From: Pyrobaculum aerophilum str. IM2
GTDB lineage: Archaea > Thermoproteota > Thermoprotei > Thermoproteales > Thermoproteaceae
DNA length: 32,000 bases
Reading direction: 5' to 3'
Assembly: GCF_000007225.1 (NCBI RefSeq)
Contig: NC_003364.1
Location: 1,170,001-1,202,000 of the forward strand
Shown: one piece after another, positions 16,539-23,801 of the stretch
Layout: every line of letters begins with the position of its first letter
Position numbering within the stretch: position 1 is the first letter of the stretch
Notes under the pieces: model-generated
Told to the model about the DNA's origin: nothing
Databases searched by the model: none
Seen by the model: the letters and a program-made list of their open reading frames with translations, nothing else
Made by a program: the position numbers and the translations under genes

Positions 16539-16716
16539 ACAAAAGGCAATGAAACAGCCAGGACCCAGCGGCGGTTTTTCTTCCAGGGCGGGCCTTGCTC
16601 AAACTACACCAGGCTGAATTCCGCCTCTGAGCGACTAGGGGCTCCCGATCTGTGCACTCAGCGAGCCTAAGCCCTAAGGCGCGGCGCTAAGTAGGTTTTA
16701 AACTCTCTGTATAAAC

Positions 16717-16914
16717 GTGAGGCTGAGGGGCGCGGTGTTAGTGGAGGAGGTGTTATTACTGCTCGTCGCAATTGCGTTGATTAGCGCCTTTGCTCTGACT
16801 GTGACGGGAGTTGTGCAAAACGCCGTCAGCCAAATTTTAGGCTTTCGCAACGCGACTAACAACGTCATAAACGGATTGGTAGATGCCGTCAAACAGCTAA
16901 TTGGTCTGTCGTAA
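16717..16914 (+). CDS. Flp-like / class III signal peptide type IV pilin-like small protein
   Basis: 65 aa reading MRLRG|AVLVEEVLLLLVAIALISAF. There is a basic residue plus Gly before a hydrophobic helix, with Glu at +5 after the putative cleavage site. A TATA box (TTTTAAA) lies about 18 nt upstream, and a T7 run lies downstream. Confidence 0.55.
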   Translation: MRLRGAVLVEEVLLLLVAIALISAFALTVTGVVQNAVSQILGFRNATNNVINGLVDAVKQLIGLS

Positions 16915-16932
16915 TAGTTAATAGACCCCCTC

Positions 16933-16939
16933 TTTTTTT
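16933..16939 (+). terminator. oligo-T tract (T7) downstream of the pilin-like gene
   Basis: TTTTTTT lies 19 nt after the stop codon. Archaeal termination typically uses T-runs. Confidence 0.4.
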
Positions 16940-16945
16940 CCCAAT

Positions 16946-17596
16946 GTGAAAATTCCCCCGCAAGCGGAGGCGCCAAGGTTTAAAGCTGTAATACTGGACG
17001 TAGACGGCGTCGTTACCCCTTTTCGCTCTGCGTGGCAGAGGCTACATGCGATCCTGGGAACAGACGGGTCGTTAAATAGAACGCTGTATAAAATGGGGCT
17101 TATTAACTATTACGAATGGGCGTTGTATGACACATTGCTGTGGCACGGCGCCCCTAGGAGGCTGGTGGAGGCCTATTTCCAAACTACAAGGGGCTTGGAG
17201 GAGCTGTGCAAGGTGTTAAAAGAGGCGGGGGTGTATATAATAGCCATATCCGCCGGCTTGGGGTATACCAGGGCTTTGTCGCATTGTTTTCACTTCTACG
17301 TGGTAAACGACTTAATATTTCAAGGCGGCGCCGTGCGCACAGTCGCCGTGTCTGTCAGCGATAAGAATAAAGACGCCGTGGCGGAGAAAGTATTAGATCT
17401 CCTGGGAGTTAAGTGGGAGGAGGCTGTGGCCGTGGGGGACGGCGATGCCGATTTGCCCATGTTGAGAAAGGCGGGTTATTCAATAGCCTTTAATCCAGTC
17501 AGCGAAGAGGTCGCCAGGGCTGCCAAGGCGGTGATAAGAGCGGAGACTCTCTACCCGCTGGCCAAGTATATAAAGGCCCTTTTAAAAACTCAATAG
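16946..17596 (+). CDS. HAD-superfamily hydrolase, phosphoserine-phosphatase-like (subfamily IB)
   Basis: Motif I ILDVDGVV and motif IV GDGDADLPML; 216 aa. Confidence 0.75.
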   Translation: MKIPPQAEAPRFKAVILDVDGVVTPFRSAWQRLHAILGTDGSLNRTLYKMGLINYYEWALYDTLLWHGAPRRLVEAYFQTTRGLEELCKVLKEAGVYIIAISAGLGYTRALSHCFHFYVVNDLIFQGGAVRTVAVSVSDKNKDAVAEKVLDLLGVKWEEAVAVGDGDADLPMLRKAGYSIAFNPVSEEVARAAKAVIRAETLYPLAKYIKALLKTQ

Positions 17597-17644
17597 TGAT
17601 GATCACATCCGATTTTGAAGGGTGAAGCGGCCGTCCCAGGCTGA
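17596..17644 (+). ncRNA. candidate C/D box sRNA (2'-O-methylation guide)
   Basis: C box GUGAUGA (17596-17602), 12-nt spacer, D'-like UUGA (17615-17618), 3 nt, C'-like GUGAAGC (17622-17628), 12-nt spacer, D box CUGA (17641-17644). This is the canonical archaeal 12-nt guide spacing and the element is about 49 nt long. The internal boxes are degenerate and I see no terminal stem. Confidence 0.55.
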
Positions 17645-17662
17645 GTAAGATTATAAAGATAG

Positions 17663-18571
17663 ATGTCCGGGTCAACTGTGGAAGTCAGGAGAATTATTAG
17701 AGTTGGCGAGAGGTCTTTTGGAATAACTCTGCCAAAGGAATGGGTAGAGCTACACGGGCTGGGAGTGGGCTCTCCTGTGAAAATTATAGTAGACAGGGAG
17801 AAAATTACCGTACTGCCAGGGACTGAGGCAGGCGGGATGAAAAAAGTGTTAATTAAAGGCGACGACGTTGAGAAAATAATCCGCGACATTATTGCGTATT
17901 ATATAGAGGGGGCTGAGGAGCTAGACGTGGAGACGGGCAATATGTCAGCCGTAGTGACTAGAATTGAGGGGAAGTTGCCCGGCGTTGTTTTAATGGAGAT
18001 AGGCGGCGTGTTAAAACTTAGGATTGTGACCAAGGAAGACATCAATATTGACGAGGCCGTGAGGAGTATGTATACAACAGTCGATGCCATGTTTACGCTG
18101 TTTTTACAAATGCTCTCTTCAGACAAGAGAGAGTTGGCCGAGGAGATACTCCGTCTTGACGACCAGCTAGACAGGCTGTACTTTTTCTCCCTACGCACAG
18201 TCAAGCGTAATATAATCCAGAGGCCGGAGCACTACGTTGACTATGTAATCACAATCAAGAACTTAGAGCACGTGGGAGACGCCATTGACCGCGCCACAAA
18301 TTACTATCTCAAAAACGAGCTGGGTTGTAAAGAGGAGGTGATAAGCTTGTTCAAAAAGGTGTACGGATTTTTACAACAAGCCTTTGAGGCCTTTTACAAC
18401 AACGACGCCAGCAAGGCGCTTGCAGTCTTAATAAGCCGGGCGGCGCTAGAGAAGGAATCCCTCAGAGCTATATGCCCGCAAGCCACTGCAGTTATGCACG
18501 AGGCCGCGTCAATAATTGGCTTTGCCGCCGATATAGCCGAGGCGGCCTACTCAAAATGCGCGCGAAAATGA
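17663..18571 (+). CDS. phoU: AbrB/SpoVT-domain + PhoU-domain regulator
   Basis: The N-terminal IIRVGERSFGITLPKEW is a swapped-hairpin AbrB-type motif, and the rest has a PhoU-like helical repeat. The TATA box TTATAAAG (17651-17658) is too close to ATG 17663, so in-frame GTG 17678 (about 24 nt downstream) may be the real start. Confidence 0.85.
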   Translation: MSGSTVEVRRIIRVGERSFGITLPKEWVELHGLGVGSPVKIIVDREKITVLPGTEAGGMKKVLIKGDDVEKIIRDIIAYYIEGAEELDVETGNMSAVVTRIEGKLPGVVLMEIGGVLKLRIVTKEDINIDEAVRSMYTTVDAMFTLFLQMLSSDKRELAEEILRLDDQLDRLYFFSLRTVKRNIIQRPEHYVDYVITIKNLEHVGDAIDRATNYYLKNELGCKEEVISLFKKVYGFLQQAFEAFYNNDASKALAVLISRAALEKESLRAICPQATAVMHEAASIIGFAADIAEAAYSKCARK

Positions 18572-19260
18572 GAGTAATTCTCGCGTGGCCTTTTTACGGC
18601 GTATTGGGCCTTTTCTACGCCGGGCTGGCCGTCCTCTTAATGCCGTTTTTTACAGTGTCTTTTGTAGAGGTGTTAAAAACGGCGGGGGTGTACACAGTGG
18701 CGGCGGTCGCCCTAGGAATTTCTATAACGGTATTGAGCCTCGCCACGAGCCCCGTGAATATCGTGATATACACGCTGACGCGCAGGGAGTATTTGCCTGT
18801 GGTGGACTACGTGGTAGTTTTCGGCATACCCATTCCACTGCCAAAGGTGGCTATGAGGGAGGAGAAATCATATATAGCTGTAAATCTGGGAGGCGCCGTG
18901 ATTCCCCTTGCAGTTGCGACTTTTCTGGCTACGAAGTTCTTCAGCCCTCTGCTCTTGGCCTCAATATTAATAGCCGCGTTGTTGACGCATGCAGTAAGTC
19001 GCGTAGTGCCTAATGTGGGCGTAGTAACCCCAGCCTTGGCGCCGCCTATTATCGCCGTGTTGTCTGCTTTAATAGCGGGGGGCGGGCCGGTGGCCACTTA
19101 TATCACTGCTGTCTACGGCACGATTATAGGCGCAGACGTGTTGAATATTAAAAAAGTTCTGGCGTACAAACCGCCGTTTGTGTCCATAGGAGGGGCTGGG
19201 GTTTTCGACGGGATCTACCTAAGCGGAGTAGTGGCAACTGCGCTCTCGGGGCTGTTTTAA
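18568..19260 (+). CDS. integral membrane protein (DUF1614-like)
   Basis: ATG 18568 forms an ATGA overlap with the phoU stop. The protein is polytopic with VNLGGAVIPL and SIGGAGVFDGI motifs that I associate with DUF1614. The track start at 18472 lies inside phoU. Confidence 0.6.
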   Translation: MRVILAWPFYGVLGLFYAGLAVLLMPFFTVSFVEVLKTAGVYTVAAVALGISITVLSLATSPVNIVIYTLTRREYLPVVDYVVVFGIPIPLPKVAMREEKSYIAVNLGGAVIPLAVATFLATKFFSPLLLASILIAALLTHAVSRVVPNVGVVTPALAPPIIAVLSALIAGGGPVATYITAVYGTIIGADVLNIKKVLAYKPPFVSIGGAGVFDGIYLSGVVATALSGLF

Positions 19261-19276
19261 GAAAAAAGAGGCGGAA

Positions 19277-19320
19277 CTACGGCAACAGCGGGAGGCGTGG
19301 GAAGGGGCGCGTTGCCGTAG
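19277..19320. repeat. perfect 10-bp inverted repeat (CTACGGCAAC-N24-GTTGCCGTAG)
   Basis: Read directly from the sequence. It begins 17 nt after the stop of the upstream membrane-protein gene. Confidence 0.7.
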
Positions 19321-19497
19321 CTGCCTTGTTCCAATACTTCCATTACTTTAAATAAATTTCTGTGAAAAAATATACAGAGCGCTTAATATAAAATTCTAAT
19401 ATTCTCTTTTAATATTTTTTATGAAGTAGGCGCGATATTCCCTTTAAAAATACATATGGATTTTAAATATATTATATAATCTGTCTTTTATAAAATT

Positions 19498-19956
19498 TCA
19501 TATAATCTCGCCGGCGTGAGGATAGCCTTGTCTGAGGCCCTTACCGGCGTAACGTTCAAGCCCTCCTCTCAACATTTCCACTAAGTTCCAGACGTGTTTC
19601 CTCGTCCGGTCCAGCGCAATTTCTTTAAGCTTTTTCTCATCGCCTCCGCCTTCCTCCTCGTGGACTGTGACGTCTAGAATCAAAGCCCCCGTTTCTATTT
19701 GCAACTGCATTAGGCCTATGGAGGTGGCCAAATAGCTGTATTTATCCACCGGAGTGGGCCCCACCCAGCCCAGCACTATTACGGCATCGCAACCATCCCG
19801 TATGAGCCTCAAGGCTCCCCACACAGTGTTTTTTATACCAGGCACTGTAATTCTTTTGACTGTAGCGTTGGGCAGGAGGTTTTTAATTTCGTCAATAGCC
19901 ACGGCGCCCATGTTAACCCTGGCGAAAGTGGTGTCCACGACGCCTATGCAAGTCAC
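19498..19956 (-). CDS. ribC: archaeal-type riboflavin synthase
   Basis: VDTTFARVNM, VPGIKN and AGKGLRQG motifs are collinear with M. jannaschii riboflavin synthase as I recall it. GTG 19956 gives 152 aa, whereas the track start at 20064 runs into the divergent gene. Confidence 0.85.
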   Translation of the reverse strand: MTCIGVVDTTFARVNMGAVAIDEIKNLLPNATVKRITVPGIKNTVWGALRLIRDGCDAVIVLGWVGPTPVDKYSYLATSIGLMQLQIETGALILDVTVHEEEGGGDEKKLKEIALDRTRKHVWNLVEMLRGGLERYAGKGLRQGYPHAGEII

Positions 19957-19973
19957 AGATCTACAGAAGTAGA

Positions 19974-19982
19974 TTATATATA
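19974..19982. promoter_or_regulatory. single central TATA element (TTATATATA) shared by divergent ribC and the NikR-like gene
   Basis: It is centred about 22 nt from GTG 19956 (minus strand) and about 24 nt from GTG 20002 (plus strand), within a 45-bp spacer. Confidence 0.55.
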
Positions 19983-20001
19983 GGTATTTCCCAAACTCTA
20001 T

Positions 20002-20370
20002 GTGAAACGCTTCGGAGTGTCTCTGCCAAAACAAGTAGCGGAGGAGGTGGAGAGGCTGTCCCAAGAAATCGGCGTAACTAGGAGCGAAATAGTGGCCGCC
20101 GCTTTGCAGGAGTATTTAGAATCTCGGAGAGATCACGTAAAACCGGAGCACAACTGCATGGGCATTGTCCTCGCCTTAAGCTCCTCTTTTTCAGACATAG
20201 GCGAAATAATTGAGTCGTACAAGCCTTTTATAGTGGCGTATACACATCTACACGTAGAGGGGAAGTGCTTAACAATAACTGTGGTGAGGGGCGACGGCGG
20301 CGAAGTTGAGAAAATGGTCCTTGAAATGGGGAGGAGGGCGCAGGTAATTCGCTACGTCCCGCTTGAATGA
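20002..20370 (+). CDS. NikR-family regulator (ribbon-helix-helix + ACT-like C-terminal domain), incomplete canonical Ni-ligand set
   Basis: The N-terminal MKRFGVSLPKQVAEEVERL...RSEIVAAAL is a ribbon-helix-helix (RHH) motif. The C-terminal THLHVEGKCLTITVVRG resembles NikR HxHx5C but has 4 spacer residues, and no His cluster lies upstream. Confidence 0.7.
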   Translation: MKRFGVSLPKQVAEEVERLSQEIGVTRSEIVAAALQEYLESRRDHVKPEHNCMGIVLALSSSFSDIGEIIESYKPFIVAYTHLHVEGKCLTITVVRGDGGEVEKMVLEMGRRAQVIRYVPLE

Positions 20371-20741
20371 AAGTGCCAAAGGCCTTTCTGGAAGAGGCGA
20401 GGAAGAAGTGCGCCCCAGAGGCCGAGTGCGTTGCTCTAATTTTTGGGATAAGCGATACGGCTTTGAGCTGGAGGTGGATGAAAAACGTAGCGGCGAGCCC
20501 CGTATTTTTCAAGCTAGATCCCGAGGAGGTGTATAAGGCGATTGTTGAGGCGGAGGAGAGGGGGGAGGAGTTGCTGGCCATTTTTCACACCCACCCCGGG
20601 CCTCCGACGCCGAGTTGGGAGGACGTTCGCCACATGAGGCTCTGGCCCGTGACGTGGATTATTGCCAACGTATTTGACTGGCATATATCGGCATGGCGGA
20701 TTGACGGCGGGCTTAAAACAATCCCCCTGGAGTTTATATGA
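20367..20741 (+). CDS. JAB1/MPN/Mov34 (JAMM) metalloprotease-domain protein
   Basis: FHTHPGPPTPSWEDV is an HxH...SxxD JAMM motif with an upstream Glu. It forms an ATGA overlap with the upstream gene. Confidence 0.8.
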   Translation: MKVPKAFLEEARKKCAPEAECVALIFGISDTALSWRWMKNVAASPVFFKLDPEEVYKAIVEAEERGEELLAIFHTHPGPPTPSWEDVRHMRLWPVTWIIANVFDWHISAWRIDGGLKTIPLEFI

Positions 20742-21709
20742 TTATCGCCACGACGACAGTAAACTTCGCATATCTCACCGGCGTCTGGCTGGAGACGTAC
20801 GAGCGGTTTAAGGCAGTGGTGAAGTGCGGCGATTATATTGCCGTAGTCGTCCCGGCGCTAGACGCCGAGAGAGTCGGCGGGAGGGTCTATTCCTATAGAG
20901 ACGGGGAGGATCCAGCTGTTGTGCTGAAGGACGCGGCCCGGGGGTGCGAAAGCCAAGTGGTATACGTCGACGGGGGCACTACTCTCCGCCATTTTGAAAT
21001 TATAAAAAGGGCTTTCCCCGGCGCCGAATTACGCTTAGCAGACGACTTGTTTAGACAAATGAGGGCTATTAAGCGGGAGGAAGAGGTGGAGAAGATAAAA
21101 AGGGCTGTTGAGGAAATACGCCGCGTGTTAGAGGCGTTGGAGCTGGCACCTGGAGTTTCTGAGAGAGAGGCGGCATTTTTTATCTACAAGGCGCTTTATG
21201 AGGCGGGGCTGGAGCCCGGCCCCATATTAGTGCAGTTCGGCCAGAACACTTCGCTTCCCCACCAAGAGCCCACGGGTAAGAAGTTACAAAGAGGCGAGGC
21301 AGTCGTGTTAGACGTAACAGCGTCTTATAGGGGGTACTTCGGCGATTTGACAAAATCTTTTTACTACGGAGAGCCCCCTGCCCATTACGCAGAGGTTTAC
21401 AGACTAGTGGAGGAGGCCCAGCTCTCGGCGTTAAAAGCGGCGAGGCCCGGGGCGCTGGCCTCGGATGTGGACAAAGCCGCGCGTAGCGTTATAGAGACCA
21501 GGGGCTACGGCCGCTATTTTATACACCGCACGGGACACGGGCTAGGGCTAGAGCTCCACGAAGCGCCGGACATATCCCCCGGATCGGGGGATCTCCTACA
21601 GCCCGGCATGGTATTCACTATAGAGCCGGGGGTGTATATACCCGGCAAATACGGCGTCAGGCTGGAGATTGACGTAGTAGTGAGGGAAAAAGGCGCTGAG
21701 ATTTTGTAA
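20738..21709 (+). CDS. M24B family Xaa-Pro (di/amino)peptidase
   Basis: HRTGHGLGLELHEAP, VFTIEPG and a YGVRLE motif; 323 aa with a short N-terminal domain. It forms an ATGA overlap with the JAMM gene. Confidence 0.9.
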   Translation: MIIATTTVNFAYLTGVWLETYERFKAVVKCGDYIAVVVPALDAERVGGRVYSYRDGEDPAVVLKDAARGCESQVVYVDGGTTLRHFEIIKRAFPGAELRLADDLFRQMRAIKREEEVEKIKRAVEEIRRVLEALELAPGVSEREAAFFIYKALYEAGLEPGPILVQFGQNTSLPHQEPTGKKLQRGEAVVLDVTASYRGYFGDLTKSFYYGEPPAHYAEVYRLVEEAQLSALKAARPGALASDVDKAARSVIETRGYGRYFIHRTGHGLGLELHEAPDISPGSGDLLQPGMVFTIEPGVYIPGKYGVRLEIDVVVREKGAEIL

Positions 21710-21906
21710 TTATTGCAACGAGGCTGCCTCTCGTAAAAACTCCGCGAGGTGTGGGGCGGCGGCTTTAAGCTTGGCCACCGCCGAGCCCACCTCCTCATCT
21801 GGCAACACGCCATACCTCCTCAACACGTGGACGTGAATCCCCAACACCTCCACTACCAACGGCATAAGCCCCCCGACATCCAATTTAAAAAATCCTCCGT
21901 AGCGAC

Positions 21907-22230
21907 AAAACAAACGGCGGCAACCCGAGGTCGACGACGCCCCCGCCCGGCGCCCGCCCAAGCGTCTCTCCCCCCGGCGCCCCAGGGAACGCGCCGGCTG
22001 CGGGTTAGGCGTGCTCCCTCCCGGACCTCCGCCGTTTCCCCGCATTCCCCGGTCTCCCCGGCCCTACGGCCGGAGTAGCCGGGGGACCGACGCCCCCCTG
22101 GACCGGGGCTCATCGGTAAGCCTGGGCGAGACGCCGCCGAAGGCGCCGCCCGGCCTCGGTTTCGGGCCCCCTGGCCTGGGTCCGCCTAGACGGCGGAGCA
22201 CGGCCGGCGCGCCGTGCAACCCCCCGCCGT
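21907..22230 (-). ncRNA. signal recognition particle RNA (archaeal 7S RNA)
   Basis: On the minus strand, GGCGGAGGUCC-GGGA-GGGAGCACGCC reproduces the conserved helix-8 hairpin (compare the archaeal CAGGCCCGGAAGGGAGCA). The 5' ACGGCGG pairs with the 3' CCGCCGU, which is followed by UUUGUUUUG. The element is about 320 nt and very G+C-rich. A TATA box lies about 24 nt upstream. Confidence 0.85.
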
Positions 22231-22248
22231 GTTAATTATGGGTGGGGG

Positions 22249-22256
22249 TTTTAAAA
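22249..22256 (-). promoter_or_regulatory. TATA box (TTTTAAAA) for the SRP RNA, overlapping the hyuB stop codon
   Basis: It lies about 22-26 nt upstream of the inferred RNA 5' end at about 22230. Confidence 0.55.
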
Positions 22257-23801
22257 GTTGTGGGGTCCCCAGCCGCCGCCTCCTGGCGTCTCTATCACAA
22301 CCTCATCGCCTGGCTCTAGGTCAGTTATAGTCTTGCTGTCTAGCTGTATGGTGCGCCCCCCGGCCTTTTTAACATACGCGCGGCCTGGCTTCCCCGCCTC
22401 TCCCCCCTGAATGCCCCAGGGGCCTATTTTAAACCTGTCGGCGAGTATCGCCAGCCTAGTCGGGGCGAGGACTTTAAAGGCTCTTACTATCCCGTCGCCT
22501 CCTCTCCACTTGCCGCGGCCCCCGCTTCCCTCTCTAATTCTATACGCAGTGAATAACAAGGGGTATGTCCTCTCGGCTATTTCTATGGGCGTGTTAAGGG
22601 TGTTAGTCATATTTACATGTACTCCCGAAACGCCGTGTTTGCCCGGCCTCCCGCCCGTCCCTCCGCCAATAGTCTCATAATAGCTCCAGTACTTCCCCTG
22701 ATATACGCCGCCCATCATGACGTTCATCATAGTGCCCGAGCCCGCGGCCGGCACTTTGTCGGGCATTGCCTCTGCCAAGGCTTTAAACACCGCGTCTGCG
22801 GTTCTCTGGCTAGTCTCTAAATTGCCCCCGGCAACGGCGGCCGGCCTCTTGGGGTTTAGTAAACTCCCCTCCGGGGCCTTGACTGAAATACACGAGTAAA
22901 ACCCCTCGTTTATTGGCACATCCCCCCTTATTAAGCACCTAATGGGGAAAGATGTCGCCGCATAAGTGACGCCAAGGACGGCGTTAAGGGGGGCATCGAC
23001 TTGGGGGTCCGTTCCGCTGTAGTTTGCCTCAACGCATTCGCCTATTGTGAGCCTCACGGCTATTTTTAAAAACTTGTCGCCGAGCTCTAAATAATCCTCA
23101 GCAACGTATACTCCCCGCGGCCATTTTGATATTTCGCTCTGCGTCATAAGGCGCCCGTACTCAATGGCCCTTTTCCAAGCCTCTTCAACTAATGCCCCGT
23201 ATTTATCAAACAGCTCTACAATGCGCCTCGTGCCGACTCTATTGGCGGCAATTTGGGCGTTTAAATCGCCTATTGTCGCCTCGGGGGTTTTGACATTTGA
23301 CAACCAGATGGACAACGCCTCTTTGTTCACCTCTCCCCTCTTAATTATTTTGACCGGCGGCAGGACAAAGCCCTCTTCGTATATAGTCTTGGCGCTTGGG
23401 TTTATACTCCCAGGCACGGGGCCTCCGACGTCCACATGATGCGCCTTATTTACTATATACGCCACTAGGCGCCCCCGCCAGAAGACCGGCGTCACTACCA
23501 TTACGTCGTTTAAATGTGTGCCGGAGATGTAGGGATCGTTCAGAGCCACCACATCCCCCTCCTCAAGCTCCACCCCCGCCTCCCGCAGGGCGTTGAATAA
23601 GTTCTTAACTCCGACGTAAAAAGAGCCTAAGTGAACTGGTATATGCTCCGCCTGCGCCACTATCTCCCCGCTGGCGTTTAACACGGCAACGCTGTGGTCC
23701 ATGCGCTCTCTAATATTAGGCGAAAAGGCGGAGTTCCTAAGCGCTATGCCCGCCTCTTCTGCAATATATACAGTCGCCCTGTATATTAACTCCCACCTCA
23801 T
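22251..23801 (-). CDS. hyuB: hydantoinase B / oxoprolinase family protein
   Basis: 516-aa ORF with family-typical sequence, including a C-terminal PGGGGWG. It overlaps hyuA by 4 nt. Confidence 0.9.
   Translation of the reverse strand: MRWELIYRATVYIAEEAGIALRNSAFSPNIRERMDHSVAVLNASGEIVAQAEHIPVHLGSFYVGVKNLFNALREAGVELEEGDVVALNDPYISGTHLNDVMVVTPVFWRGRLVAYIVNKAHHVDVGGPVPGSINPSAKTIYEEGFVLPPVKIIKRGEVNKEALSIWLSNVKTPEATIGDLNAQIAANRVGTRRIVELFDKYGALVEEAWKRAIEYGRLMTQSEISKWPRGVYVAEDYLELGDKFLKIAVRLTIGECVEANYSGTDPQVDAPLNAVLGVTYAATSFPIRCLIRGDVPINEGFYSCISVKAPEGSLLNPKRPAAVAGGNLETSQRTADAVFKALAEAMPDKVPAAGSGTMMNVMMGGVYQGKYWSYYETIGGGTGGRPGKHGVSGVHVNMTNTLNTPIEIAERTYPLLFTAYRIREGSGGRGKWRGGDGIVRAFKVLAPTRLAILADRFKIGPWGIQGGEAGKPGRAYVKKAGGRTIQLDSKTITDLEPGDEVVIETPGGGGWGPHNF

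Noticed and set aside
16539-16695. Tested this spacer as a tRNA, C/D box sRNA or minimal RNase P RNA
   Set aside because: It has no T-loop (GTTCRANYC), no acceptor pairing, no RUGAUGA/CUGA pair at the proper spacing and no GAAAGUCC. It is kept only as an unexplained region.
19957-20064. N-terminal extension of riboflavin synthase (track start 20064)
   Set aside because: The homologous sequence starts at (M)TCIGVVDTTFARV (GTG 19956) with a TATA box about 22 nt upstream. The extension would run through the promoter and into the NikR-like gene.
21710-22235. Four ORFs of 74-111 aa on both strands (Arg/Pro/Gly-rich) between the peptidase and hyuB genes
   Set aside because: They overlap one another and coincide with the SRP RNA gene. 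Their composition is what results from translating G+C-rich structured RNA. Only the distal 51 codons (21710-21865) are kept as a low-confidence lead.
22713-22731. Perfect C-box-like AUGAUGA on the minus strand inside hyuB, plus other UGAUGA hits at about 2593, 9952, 14645, 16227 and 31307
   Set aside because: None has a D box (CUGA) at the correct about 45-55 nt distance or 12-nt guide spacing. The hits are explained by codons, such as MNVMMG in hyuB.
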